64,000 nucleotides of DNA from NCBI GenBank assembly GCA_965205865.1, contig CBDBHR010000030.1, forward strand, positions 1,311,653-1,375,652, written 5' to 3'. This DNA comes from a bacterium (GTDB lineage: Bacteria > SAR324 > NAC60-12). Every line of letters starts with the position of its first letter. Position 1 is the first letter of the stretch. Below the pieces are notes generated by a model that was given only the letters and a program-made list of their open reading frames with translations, had not been told where the DNA came from and did no database searches. The translations under genes and the position numbers were made by a program. This document shows positions 29,038-39,601 of this stretch, piece after piece.

Positions 29038-30705
29038 CTATGGGCCGGGGACGATATACTCCAGTCTCGACGGGTATAGCGAATTATGGAGGGGCATATC
29101 CCACTCCTTCACCTTGGGTCCTGCCGCCCAGGGGGTCCACCAGCTAACTGTTGGAATGGCAACCATTTCGTGTTGGGCCCACTGCAAGAACTCGACGGCC
29201 ACTGCCCAGGCTTCTTTATCATCGACCTTAGAGACACCTCTTCTAAAGAATTCCCGAGCTTTCGGGTATTCGATGCCCGGATTCCAGACGCCCATATCGG
29301 TGATCCCCTGCATGTCGAAAACCGCGTCTGGTGCCGTGTCGGCGCCCGTTCCCCAGGGCCCCATCCACATGTCCTTGATGGTACGGGAGACCATAGTCGG
29401 CCTGCGAGCTGAGTAGGCCGCCTTCTCTACCTTCGGTCGGAGGCCGACAGCCTGGAACATGCCTATCAGCGCTTCCGCCACTGCTGCCCGCTCCGTACCG
29501 AACTGCGTAGGGATGAAGTAGGTGAAGTCAAACCCATTGGGGTACCCGGCTTCAGTTAAGTACTGCTTTGCCTTCTCAACATCGTAGGGGAAGTCCCAGC
29601 TCTTCTGATAGCTAGGGTGGCAATCGGTAATGAAAACTACGTGTTGAACACAGCCTTGACCCGCCAATATTGCCTTATTGATTAACTCGCGGTCGATGGC
29701 CATGGCCATGGCCCACCGCACCTTGCGGGCTGCTTCCATGGAGTCGGGATCATTAGGATCGCCTATCCAGGGCAACGTGGTGTCCAACGCGCGATCTACG
29801 GGAGTTCCGTCTTCCTTGGTCTTGGCGTAATACTGACCCGCAGGGGTGAGGACAGCACTTTCCTTACCTCGCGTTCTGCCTTTCCACAGCTTGACCCCCT
29901 CAATATCCACATATTGGTCAATGACCGGCAAGCTCGCAGCAGAAATGTCGGCTTTACCGGTTTTTAGCATGGCGATCCGCGTGGCCTCCTCCGGAACGTC
30001 CAATACCATGACAGTGGCGAAGGCCGGGGTTTGGCGCCAATGGTCGGGCACGGCCTCCAGCCGGATGAAATCATCGGCCTTGTGCTCTGCCACTTTAAAG
30101 GGACCGGTGCCCACGGCGTTGAGAGTCTGCCAATTTTGACCTTTCTCGTCGAAGGCTCGCTTGCTGGTGATAAACGCCGTGTGACCACCGTACCGGGAAT
30201 TGATAGACCATCGGACCGTAGGGACGGCCAACTCCATGCGCACGGTCTCTGCGTCCAGGGCCTCTATTTTGGTATAGTCGGTCTTGATGGTTCCACCTGC
30301 AGGATTCACCGTGCCTTTTGCCATGGTCTCTTGGTAACTGAAGACTATGTCGTACGCCGTCAGTTTGCCCCAGCCATCATGGAAAGACACGTCCTTCCTA
30401 ATCTTGTAGGTGACAGCTTTAGGCGTTATCTCCCACGAATCGGCAAGCATGGGCAACAAATTAACGCCATCGAAGTCCATCAGGGTTTCGAAGGTACCCA
30501 GTGCTTCGTTACGAACGTTATAGGGATATGACGCATTTTTCAGATTGTACTGAGGTGGTCCCACATCGGCGAGGGCCACCACCAGTTCACCCTGGGGCTT
30601 CACCGGCTCAGCTGCCCAGACCTGGCTAGCCATGAAAACTGCCACGCCCATCATGAAGGCCAGCAGGGTTACGCTCAATTTTGAGCTTCTTTTTTGATTA
30701 AACAT
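29038..30705 (-). CDS. ABC transporter substrate-binding protein, family 5
   Basis: Signal peptide (MFNQKRS...VWA), LADSWE, FHDGWG, VGTGPF, KVRWAM and EAGYPNGF motifs. Confidence 0.92.
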   Translation of the reverse strand: MFNQKRSSKLSVTLLAFMMGVAVFMASQVWAAEPVKPQGELVVALADVGPPQYNLKNASYPYNVRNEALGTFETLMDFDGVNLLPMLADSWEITPKAVTYKIRKDVSFHDGWGKLTAYDIVFSYQETMAKGTVNPAGGTIKTDYTKIEALDAETVRMELAVPTVRWSINSRYGGHTAFITSKRAFDEKGQNWQTLNAVGTGPFKVAEHKADDFIRLEAVPDHWRQTPAFATVMVLDVPEEATRIAMLKTGKADISAASLPVIDQYVDIEGVKLWKGRTRGKESAVLTPAGQYYAKTKEDGTPVDRALDTTLPWIGDPNDPDSMEAARKVRWAMAMAIDRELINKAILAGQGCVQHVVFITDCHPSYQKSWDFPYDVEKAKQYLTEAGYPNGFDFTYFIPTQFGTERAAVAEALIGMFQAVGLRPKVEKAAYSARRPTMVSRTIKDMWMGPWGTGADTAPDAVFDMQGITDMGVWNPGIEYPKAREFFRRGVSKVDDKEAWAVAVEFLQWAQHEMVAIPTVSWWTPWAAGPKVKEWDMPLHNSLYPSRLEYIVPGP

Positions 30706-30836
30706 CTTTTTCCTTTCGCATGGATGTTCAAAATTAAGGATTGCTTTAAAACCTGCTTTGATTCCCGAAAGCACGTTCTCGACGATTTCTCTAATTATAA
30801 ATTTCATTTTGACCTTTATTGTTATTTAGTTTGAAG
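30629..30836 (-). repeat. 208-bp leader/signal-peptide module, copy 2
   Basis: Colinear and highly similar to 19097-19304. Confidence 0.92.
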
Positions 30837-31507
30837 GTAACTATTCAGGTCTCTGAAAAACCCGTTTAGTTATATATCGTTTAAAAAAGATTCCCGAGAA
30901 GGATCCGTCACTTCACTTCCTCCCGCACCTATTTTGAATCGAACGGGCGGGAACCCAAGATTTTGTTCAATCGATCGATCGGGGACCCTCATTTTTCACT
31001 AAAACAACTCAGTGAAGGCACGATCCTAGCACAACAACAACAACGCAATGTCAACCCCCTGCTGTAAAATAAATGCGGGATTCGCAAAAAAAATAAAAAA
31101 TCTATAAATCAGGGAGATCCGCTCCTTTATGATATGGATAAAGCAAAAGGAGCTATTGGGGAACAAATACGGAAGATTAAAAAATTTCCTTTAGGAACAA
31201 ACCTTAAATAACCTGTAATTATTCCAATGGTGTGAGCAAAATTGGGGGACATGTACAGCGCAGCAAGTCAGGATCAGGAAAATTGCGCAACAATGGTGAT
31301 CAGCTATAAAAAAATATTTAGCGGTCCATCTTCGGCATGAGCCAAAAAGCGGATGTTCGCTCCACAATCCAGCGTTTTTTCCAACGGTGATAATGATCGT
31401 AAACGCTTTGCCAGGAAGGTAAATCATGGGCAAGCATGCTCCACTGACAACCCAGAACAGAAAGGATTATTTGAAAGAATTAGAAGAAGAGGAAAAGAAA
31501 TAAGTAG

Positions 31508-32062
31508 TCATAGCGGTGGGCCGAAATATCGGTGACTCCATCGCAGATATTTGCGATACTCTTCTCCAAATTGAGCCTCAAGATAGTGCTCTTCTACTTT
31601 GATATAGCTGCTAAACCGAATCCAGAATAAGGCTGTCAGGAGCATTGCAAATCCGGATTTTCCCACAATGGAAATCCCCAACAAACACAACATCCAGCCG
31701 ACATTCTGAGGATTTCGACTCCAACTGTATATTCCATTCGTAACTAAATGATCGTTCACTCTCCCATTTATACGCTGCAATGATCCGAAGGCGATGATCC
31801 CTGCAACAAGTAAGCACATACCACCCACTATCAACAAAATCCCGGTCCAAAAGCTCATCCAATCGTTTATGGGCAATGCCCATATTCCCGAAAAAGCGGC
31901 AACTGAGGTAAGGGAAAAATGTCCGAGATACACGAGCCATACAATGGTGACAGTGAACATTGATAACCCCGCTTGTTTTCCATATTCTTGACGGACTCGT
32001 CTTCTGCACCAAAAAACGAGAAATCCAACGAACCCCAGTCCAATTAACAACCAAAAAATCAT
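31508..32062 (-). CDS. Isoprenylcysteine carboxylmethyltransferase/PEMT family membrane protein
   Basis: LVTNGIYSWSRNPQ and EEHYLEAQFGEEY..Y motifs; hydrophobic helices. Confidence 0.85.
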   Translation of the reverse strand: MIFWLLIGLGFVGFLVFWCRRRVRQEYGKQAGLSMFTVTIVWLVYLGHFSLTSVAAFSGIWALPINDWMSFWTGILLIVGGMCLLVAGIIAFGSLQRINGRVNDHLVTNGIYSWSRNPQNVGWMLCLLGISIVGKSGFAMLLTALFWIRFSSYIKVEEHYLEAQFGEEYRKYLRWSHRYFGPPL

Positions 32063-32217
32063 GATGACTCTGATCTTCTAACGAGGTTATAGAATAAGCC
32101 CGAGAGTTCTAAAAAAGATCGAATTCTAGGTACCTACAACCCTCCTTGATTCAAAATCCTTGCTCTATAAGCAAATTCGGAGTTTGGTTTTTACCGATAA
32201 TCTCTCACTTTGACTTA

Positions 32218-33143
32218 GAACTTATCCTTAAATAACATTAACTTTCCTGTAAGTTATGATAGCTGCAGCCAATTGAAGCAGTGCGAGATAAGTTTGATTA
32301 TATTTTTCGAATCGGACCATTATCTTGCGAAATCTGTTGAACCATGAATGGCTCACCTCGACGACCCATCTTCTGGGTCTGTATTGGGGATTTGCTTTTT
32401 TTTCTTGAATCTCTTCACCCCGTTTTTTCACATGTGGCACATAATCATTGGATCGAATGATCTGTGATGCTGGCTCACCGTGGTAGCCTTTGTCTGCGCA
32501 CAGATGTTGTTCAATGCCCTCAGGCCGCGCAATGACGATTTCCTCCAAGACCAATTCCAACTGTGTCACATCATGCCGGTTCGCCCCGGTTACGACGAGG
32601 GACAGCGGGACACCACGGCCGTCAACCAGCAAATGACGCTTGCTCCCTTTTTTTTCCCCTGTCAGTCGGGTTTCGACCAACGGTTTCCTGAGCCAGTGGG
32701 GCTTTGACAGTCGTGCCGTCTATGCTTTGCCATTTCCAGGAGATCCCTTCCATCTCATCATATTCGGCAAGTCCGGCTTGCCAAAGCGACAAAAAGAAAC
32801 CCGCTTCATTCCAACGCATGAAATGAGCATGGATGGCACTAGGACTCCCATATTTTTCCTTGGGAAGGGCTCTCCATTGACAACCGGTGCGCAAAACATA
32901 TACAATTCCCTCGAAAATTTGGCGCGCAGGCATTGGCTTTCTACCACCACCGGGTTTGCGCTTGTAGGTCTTGTTCGGGTCACGTTTGGGTTTTGGTATC
33001 AGTGGCTCCACTCTGGCCCAAAATGAATCAGATACTTCCCACGACTGTACTTTTGCCATATAGCCTCCATGCGTTTATGGTTGAACATGATGACAAAAAT
33101 AATGCAGGAAATACCAATTTTCAAGTTATTAAAGGATAAGTTC
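32218..33143 (-). mobile_element. IS5 family element with two-frame transposase (33059-32228)
   Basis: IRs GAACTTATCCTTAAATAAC / GTTATTAAAGGATAAGTTC and TTA target duplication. YVLRTGCQWR, SIDGT, ADKGY and RWVVE motifs; slippery GGGGAAAAAAAAG at about 32646-32659. Confidence 0.93.
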
Positions 33144-33237
33144 TTATTCTACATCCTCATTTATTCTAAATAACCATTGAATTGCCCCTTTCCATCTATA
33201 CAAATACAATTAATTTTTTGTTTAATGTTGTACCTAA

Positions 33238-34819
33238 ATCCTGCAATTGAATATTTTGATTGAGTTTCCCCCCACTCTTTGAGAGGTTTTTTTAAAAAAA
33301 AGGATTTGAGAGTTGAATTTCCATCAGTCCTTGCTCATAAAGGTTTTTCCGCCCTCCATTAGATCGTCATATTTTGTGATGATCTGATACCCGCTTTCGC
33401 GGGCACAAGATTCAAGACGTACTTCTCCCTGGATTTGGGAATCTACATCTCAGCAAAATGTATCCACTGGAGTGAAACAAAGGTTCTAGGTCTCTTGCAT
33501 CCCATTGAGCATTGTAAAGTGTTCTTTCCGGAACTCTCAGTTTTTGTTGACGAGCGCCACTCGTCCATTTTCCTGCCATTCGGACAAGATAGGTGCGCAT
33601 GGTGGCCGGTTCCCAACGGCGCAGTATTGCGTTACCACTACAAAGGGCCATCCAGCGCAGCAAAGTATCGCGCATTGGAACAAGGCACTGTTGGCCCAAA
33701 AATCGTCGGTTTTAATCTGAAAGTTTGATTTTTTGCTTCCCAATCCATGTCTCAGCGAGCCCTTTGGCCATACTCTTTGTGAGCCTGCCAGGGAGTGAGC
33801 GCGTCAGTGAGAACATAACAAAAATAATCGTACTCTTCATCTCAAAGAGGGTGGCCATCCCTTTGAGTTCCTCCTCTTTCTCCCTGCGTACGGCCATGAA
33901 TTTTCTTGACCTCCTCCAAGTTTCACATTGGTGGGAAAACTCACACCCTTCCCAAACTTTTTGCCATTTTTGGGTTTCCAACAACGAGACAAGCCCCTTG
34001 AGTTTGACCTTGATCAGATAGCCATGGCCTCGTTCTTCGAGGAAATCCAGCAAATCCCCCACAAAAAAACCACTGTCTCCACGAAACAGATGCGAGTCCG
34101 ATTTGGAAGGTGAGCGAGAAGTTGCCGCATGAATTCAACGACTCCATTGCTGGTATTTCACGAAGCCAACCCTGAAGAATCTCCTTTGTCTCTGCGCAAA
34201 ATGCCAGCAGAGGATGATACGAAGCTGCACCGCGTTTGTGGGGATTATATCCGACAGACACTCCTTGCTGCTTGCCGTAGGCCGTTTTCACAGTGGAGTC
34301 CACGTCAATCACAAGACAGTGTAACACCCCAACGATGCTTGTCCCACTTCGAAGCGCCTTACGCCAGATACCGGCTCGAATCCGATGGTTCAAGCTCTCC
34401 ATCTCATTGATGTTTTTCTGTGTGAAAGTACGCAGTATCATGTGGTTTCATCCGGAATCCTCAGCCAACCGGCCACACGACTCAAAAACGGTCGTTCCAA
34501 ACTGTCACAATCGAACGAATCGAACGGGCGCCACCAACAATGACCACCGACAAAATGACCATGTCCACCGCGTCATAAAGACCCGTGGCGCCACGCCGAT
34601 GATCTACGGTCTGCTCTGTCTTTGAAACAATCCCTTCTTTGTGAAAAAATTTTCAAGCCTGCTTGCGCGGTCAGGTCTCTGCCTCCCTGGCTGATAATGC
34701 TTCGTTCTTGCCGATCTTGCGCTACGTTTGTTTTTCATGGTAATGGTGATCTCTTAAAAACTGTTAACTATTTGAGTATATTACCATTTCCATGTTTGAT
34801 TGTCATCTAATTGCAGGAT
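33238..34819 (-). mobile_element. Degenerate IS1380 family element
   Basis: Fragments IDVDSTV..YGKQQG...YNP.KRG..SYHPL, GYLIKVK and TMRTYLVRMAGK in shifting frames. Short IR ATCCTGCAATT / AATTGCAGGAT. Confidence 0.75.
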
Positions 34820-34857
34820 GTATAAGGTTACTCAAACTTTATGAAAAGGAGTTCAAT

Positions 34858-34950
34858 ATGGAAAAACTTATAACCATAAGTCAAGCAGCAGAAAAGATTG
34901 GCGTGAGCCCCGAAACTTTACGCCGATGGGATTAAACTGGAAAATTTCTA
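34858..34950 (+). pseudogene. IS607-type TnpA MerR-HTH fragment
   Basis: MEKLITISQAAEKIGVSPETLRRWD*TGK. Confidence 0.6.
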
Positions 34951-35458
34951 CTACCTTAACCGGATGATCAGCAAATTTTTGTATTAGCATTTTGTCCAAA
35001 AAAATTTTTCCCATTCGGTCTTTTGAAGAAGTTTTCAATGATACAACAATCTCTTGATCATGAATTTCTTTTGCATTGGAATTCACTTCATCAAACAGAG
35101 AGAAAACCATTTCAGTCTCACAAGATAAGTCTTTTCCCCATTAGGCAAGTAATCTAAAACCCTCTTGGTAACTTCAGCAAAATCGATGAGATTTTCATTT
35201 GGAGTTTGTAAATCCTCAATCAGTGATTTCACGAGTATTCTGGTTTACAGTGATTCAGAAAAGTTTTGTAAACTACACTGATCATGAGAATAAACAAGTC
35301 AATGTGAATATGGAAGTGGTTCTCTAATTTGAGGCAGAACTGTGTATTAACTCGTTTCAACGCTATGGTTCAGTCATTTAGAATGCCTGGAAATTTTTTC
35401 GATGATGAGAGGAAAAGAGTGCTCATGCTCTTCTCACAAAAATTGGCAAATAACACGA

Positions 35459-36241
35459 CTACGGATAGACATAGACCGCTATCAAGTGTCCTTCGAGATT
35501 TCTGATAAAGATGGTATCGCCCTTGTTATTCCAAATCGGGCTTCGACTTCCCCAGAAGATCTCGCGCTCAGTGTTCTTGCCGTATCCTGTTCTTAGAGTC
35601 ACCCGACTCTTGTTAAGCAGCGTGAAGTTGGGAAAGAGGTAGGGATCACGACTAGAGGCGTCCGTAACCGTCCACCCAGTCATTTCTATGGGAATCTCAC
35701 TTTGATTTTCGATCACAATAAATTCGTCGTTCAAGTTTTGTCTGTCATTTCCCTCGGCATCAGCATGGACGTTGACAATTTCTATAAATCTCTCTGCCAC
35801 TTTCTCCCAGATTCCCAGACCTGCAGCTCGTGCATCTTGCTGGGCCTGGCGTAAACGTTCGCCATACTTCGCTCCCACGCGATAGTTGATGTGGGCATGA
35901 CCTTGTCGGACCAATGCTTCATTCACAAATGTGTCCTCCACAAAGACATAGGCCAGTAGCCGACCGTGACTGTCCTCACGAGCACGGAGGAATTCAAGCC
36001 GAATCGTTTTGCCTCCGACCAAGTCGTTATTGGCCAAAGTAGCTTCCCAGGCGTGGGGGTTCCCTTTTTCCGGTGCGTTAATACCGAGATAGCGGACACT
36101 ACGGCCATCATCTAAATCACAGGTGTCCCCATCGATGACTTGCAGGACAGTGGCGGTCTCTGCTTCTGCAGTCCCCAGGAAAAGCACTCCACATAACGCC
36201 ATCAAGATAAACTTCAAGTGATTGGTCCAAAACATACTCAT
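35459..36241 (-). CDS. Secreted thermonuclease (SNase-like) with C-terminal lamin-tail domain
   Basis: Signal peptide; VIDGDT, VRYLGINAPE, GRLLAYV and GLGIW motifs; LTD EFIVIEN..GWTVTD..WNN.GD. Confidence 0.9.
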   Translation of the reverse strand: MSMFWTNHLKFILMALCGVLFLGTAEAETATVLQVIDGDTCDLDDGRSVRYLGINAPEKGNPHAWEATLANNDLVGGKTIRLEFLRAREDSHGRLLAYVFVEDTFVNEALVRQGHAHINYRVGAKYGERLRQAQQDARAAGLGIWEKVAERFIEIVNVHADAEGNDRQNLNDEFIVIENQSEIPIEMTGWTVTDASSRDPYLFPNFTLLNKSRVTLRTGYGKNTEREIFWGSRSPIWNNKGDTIFIRNLEGHLIAVYVYP

Positions 36242-36365
36242 TACGCATTCCCTTCATATAATAATCTCAAATTCGACCACCAACGTTTTCCAGTTGAGTG
36301 TGATTTTATTTTTTATTTTAATAATATATAGTTATTTCAGTAACTTATCATCCTACCCACTAGCA

Positions 36366-37205
36366 TCAAAGCTGGCACAATTGCTCACTGACCTGCCAGA
36401 GCTTTTTTTGCCATTCTAAATTGTACGACACATCAGATGAAGTTTTTTCGCTTTGGTCCTCATCAAAATATTTTCCGCTGACTTGGGCCAATGCAGGAGA
36501 ACATGCGAGATGGATGCTGGTTTGAGCTCCCTTTTTGGATGACTTCATAAAAAACCTGGCAATGGGTACTATCGAGGCGAGATACCATTTGTCGGTGGGC
36601 CAGAGATCGGTGGCAATCACTCCGGGATGAAGACAGTTGACGGTGATTTTCGTATCTTGCGCTCTGCGGGCGAGTTCATAGGTGAACAAGACATTGGCCA
36701 GCTTGGAATTGCAATAGACACGAAAGCCGTTATAATCGGTTTTACTTTGCAAATCGTTAAAATTCATACTTCCCCGGTAATGGGCGGCAGAGGCCACAGT
36801 GACGATGCGGGCAGGGGCACTTTTTTTCAAGACGTCCAACAGCAGATAGGTCAACAAGAAAGGTCCCAGGTGGTTAGTTCCGAACGTCAATTCGAATCCG
36901 TCCATTGTTGTTTGCCGCCGCAAAGAAAAAAGTCCCGCATTGTTGATCAGTACATCGAGCCTCTCATACCGTCGCTTGAAATCATTGATAAAATTCCGTA
37001 CGGAATCCAAGGACGCCAAGTCGCAATGCGAAACATCGATTTGCCCATTCCCGCTTTTACTGCGCATGGATTGCGCCACGGTCTTCCCTTTGTCGACATT
37101 CCGACAGGCCAGGACCAGACGGGCTCCTTTTTGCGCTAAATCGAGTGCGGTTTCTCTGCCAATTCCCGACGTGGCGCCCGTGATCACGCAAATTTTTCCG
37201 TCCAT
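36366..37205 (-). CDS. SDR oxidoreductase (retinol dehydrogenase-like)
   Basis: TGATSGIG, NNAG, TNHLG, YCNSK and LHPG motifs. Confidence 0.92.
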   Translation of the reverse strand: MDGKICVITGATSGIGRETALDLAQKGARLVLACRNVDKGKTVAQSMRSKSGNGQIDVSHCDLASLDSVRNFINDFKRRYERLDVLINNAGLFSLRRQTTMDGFELTFGTNHLGPFLLTYLLLDVLKKSAPARIVTVASAAHYRGSMNFNDLQSKTDYNGFRVYCNSKLANVLFTYELARRAQDTKITVNCLHPGVIATDLWPTDKWYLASIVPIARFFMKSSKKGAQTSIHLACSPALAQVSGKYFDEDQSEKTSSDVSYNLEWQKKLWQVSEQLCQL

Positions 37206-37235
37206 TTAAAGCTCCTCTGGTTTCTTGTTGGACAG

Positions 37236-38018
37236 TTAGAGCCGAATCGGCTGAAAATAGGTTTGCTCTCTGGCAATTGCAGCTTTTTCTGCCAAAGACC
37301 AATCATGTTTCTGTAGATCAATCTGAAAATTCTCCTGGAAGGAGTCAACCAATAATTGCCGGATTTCTTCCTGCGTATACCGAGTGAAGACTCCCAGGGA
37401 TTCCAAAGCCGTGACTTTGCCGCGAAGGTGCTGCTCGGGCGTGTTTTTGAATATTTTGGAGAGCAGTGGTACCTGATCGGCCAGTGGAATTGTGCCGTGC
37501 TGCAAGAATGCTTTGCAGGTACGGCGCTGAGCACTGCCAATGATTTTGCGACCATCGATCAAAATCTCATAAGCCGAAGGCATCGCAAAACAAACTTGAG
37601 AGACCCGGAACCTTCTCTCATGCCGGTCATGGGGTTGGAGTTGCGGAGACAGCTCCAGTTTCTGGAAAAATAAACGGAAAACCTGCGAAATGATTTGATA
37701 GACAGAAAAGATTCCTCCTGAAAAACGAGGACTCCGCACGTCGCCGGACAGCGCATAGGTGATGTCATTGCCATGCAGAACCGCTTGCCCTCCCGTCGTA
37801 CGCCGCACAATCGCCAATTCTTTTTCCCGGCACCATTCGGTATTGATTTGATCCAATTTTTGATTTTTGCCAATCGAGAGTGTTAACCGGTCCCAGGTAT
37901 AAAGGCGCAGCGTGGGAGTATCCCCCTTTTTCAATTGGTCGAGCAAGACTTGATCTGCCGCCATGTTGAAACTTCCTGATTGCTGGAGGCTTTCAATAAA
38001 ACGCCAAATTTCAACCAT
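37236..38018 (-). CDS. Lipoate-protein ligase A / LipM-like octanoyltransferase
   Basis: NMAAD, LRLY.W..TLSIG..Q, VRRTTGGQAVLH, KIIGSAQ and LQHG motifs. Confidence 0.88.
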   Translation of the reverse strand: MVEIWRFIESLQQSGSFNMAADQVLLDQLKKGDTPTLRLYTWDRLTLSIGKNQKLDQINTEWCREKELAIVRRTTGGQAVLHGNDITYALSGDVRSPRFSGGIFSVYQIISQVFRLFFQKLELSPQLQPHDRHERRFRVSQVCFAMPSAYEILIDGRKIIGSAQRRTCKAFLQHGTIPLADQVPLLSKIFKNTPEQHLRGKVTALESLGVFTRYTQEEIRQLLVDSFQENFQIDLQKHDWSLAEKAAIAREQTYFQPIRL

Positions 38019-38754
38019 CCTTCAATTGTAGGGGTGCTCCCTTGTGGGCGCCTTGAACATGAAATGAGAGCGGATATACTGAATTGTTCAGGCGGAAGGA
38101 GTTGCCGTCTTCCATGATTCGTTCGAGAATCCGGAACCGCGGATTGTCTGCCAGCATTACTTCACCATGGCAGGTACTGCGACAATAGAGATTTTCCTGT
38201 TCATCCATACGAAAAGACCAGGGATCCAACTGATCGTACTTTCCATTGTTCAACAGCCCTGACAACTGATCCTTTGACCGGATCTCGATATTCCTGACAA
38301 GCATTGGAGTCGTTTCACAGTCCAGATAGCATTTGTCCATGCGCTGGTCGACCCGGTACTCGACGAAGTAGCGCTGCAATTCCACTTCATAGGCCAAATA
38401 CGCCTCTAGGAATTTTTTCAGCCTTTTGTCAAGCCGCACTCCGCGCATCGACCAGCTTTGCCACGCATCGACCTGGATATGCGCATAAGAATACTTTCTT
38501 GCCAGGATCAGAGAAAAAGCGGCTCCCTGCTGCATTTCCCGAGCAATCGGAGTCGGGAAATAAGCGGCAGGTGGGAGTTCATTCATCTCCTGCATCAGTT
38601 TTACCAATACCGCTCGATTGCCTGCATCCCCGAGGAGGCCCGCCTCCTGCAGTCGTACTCGTTGCTTTGGGTCGAGGGGATTCAAATAATGCTGATCCAG
38701 CAAATAGAGCAACAAAATGTCTTCATCGGCCAATTGTTGAAAAACAGATTCCAT
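38011..38754 (-). CDS. Hypothetical protein (247 aa)
   Basis: Long ORF co-oriented with, and overlapping, the ligase gene. No motif recognised with confidence. Confidence 0.65.
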   Translation of the reverse strand: MESVFQQLADEDILLLYLLDQHYLNPLDPKQRVRLQEAGLLGDAGNRAVLVKLMQEMNELPPAAYFPTPIAREMQQGAAFSLILARKYSYAHIQVDAWQSWSMRGVRLDKRLKKFLEAYLAYEVELQRYFVEYRVDQRMDKCYLDCETTPMLVRNIEIRSKDQLSGLLNNGKYDQLDPWSFRMDEQENLYCRSTCHGEVMLADNPRFRILERIMEDGNSFRLNNSVYPLSFHVQGAHKGAPLQLKDG

Positions 38755-38785
38755 GGGGGTGCTTTATTACAATATTGGGAGGAAC

Positions 38786-39556
38786 TCAATCCAATTCTAC
38801 CGCTTCCGATAACGTAAGGCCAATCTCGGAGTGTAGAACAAGATCTGCCAGCCCATCCAGGCTGGTGGGATCCCGGTTGATGATGATCAGACGAGCTTTA
38901 TTGCGCGCTGCCAGCTCGGGAAAGCCGGCAGCAGGATAAACCACCAGGGAAGAGCCTATTGTCATAAATAAATCGCAAGCTATTGTTTCCGATTCCGCAG
39001 CTTCCATTTGACTGACAGGCATGGGTTGTCCAAAGGAAATGGTAGCGGTTTTCACTATTCCATGGCAATGATCGCAAACCGGTAGTGTTTCCCCATCCTC
39101 AAAAATTTTGCGGATTTCCGCCAACTCGTATCGTTTGGCGCATTCCAGACAGGAAGCATAAGTACTATTGCCATGCAGTTCGATGATTTGGTGCTCGGGG
39201 ACGCCGGTTTTTTGATGCAACCCATCCACGTTTTGCGTAATCACGCTGCTCACTTTTCCCCGTTTTACCAGCCTGGCCACGGCAATATGTCCCAGATTGG
39301 GCTCAGCCTTGCTGATGAGCCGATCGGTTGCGAATTTCCGTCTCCATGATTCTCGTCTCATCTCATCGGAGCTGAGGAAATCCTGAAAATAAATCGGCTG
39401 GTATTTATCCCAAACTCCACCCGGACTGCGAAAGTCGGGTATACCGGATTCAGTACTGATTCCCGCGCCGGTGAACACGACCACTCGATGGCTTTCTGCG
39501 ATCATCCTTCTCAACTGCTCGATACCCGCGCCGTTTTTCCTCATGATTTTCTCCAA
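38786..39556 (-). CDS. cobB: Sir2 family NAD-dependent deacylase
   Basis: GAGISTESGIPDFR, TQNVDGLH, ELHG, two CxxC pairs and GSSL.VYPAA. Confidence 0.92.
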   Translation of the reverse strand: MEKIMRKNGAGIEQLRRMIAESHRVVVFTGAGISTESGIPDFRSPGGVWDKYQPIYFQDFLSSDEMRRESWRRKFATDRLISKAEPNLGHIAVARLVKRGKVSSVITQNVDGLHQKTGVPEHQIIELHGNSTYASCLECAKRYELAEIRKIFEDGETLPVCDHCHGIVKTATISFGQPMPVSQMEAAESETIACDLFMTIGSSLVVYPAAGFPELAARNKARLIIINRDPTSLDGLADLVLHSEIGLTLSEAVELD

Positions 39557-39601
39557 TATGCCCAGTTGCCGTTATGCATGATATATTGTGAAGAATGCCT
39601 T

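Noticed and set aside
31191-31433. 80-aa ORF downstream of the methyltransferase
   Set aside because: No recognisable motif; probably spurious or a decayed fragment.
34960-35290. Histidine-kinase-like fragment on the minus strand
   Set aside because: Too degraded; no diagnostic motif.
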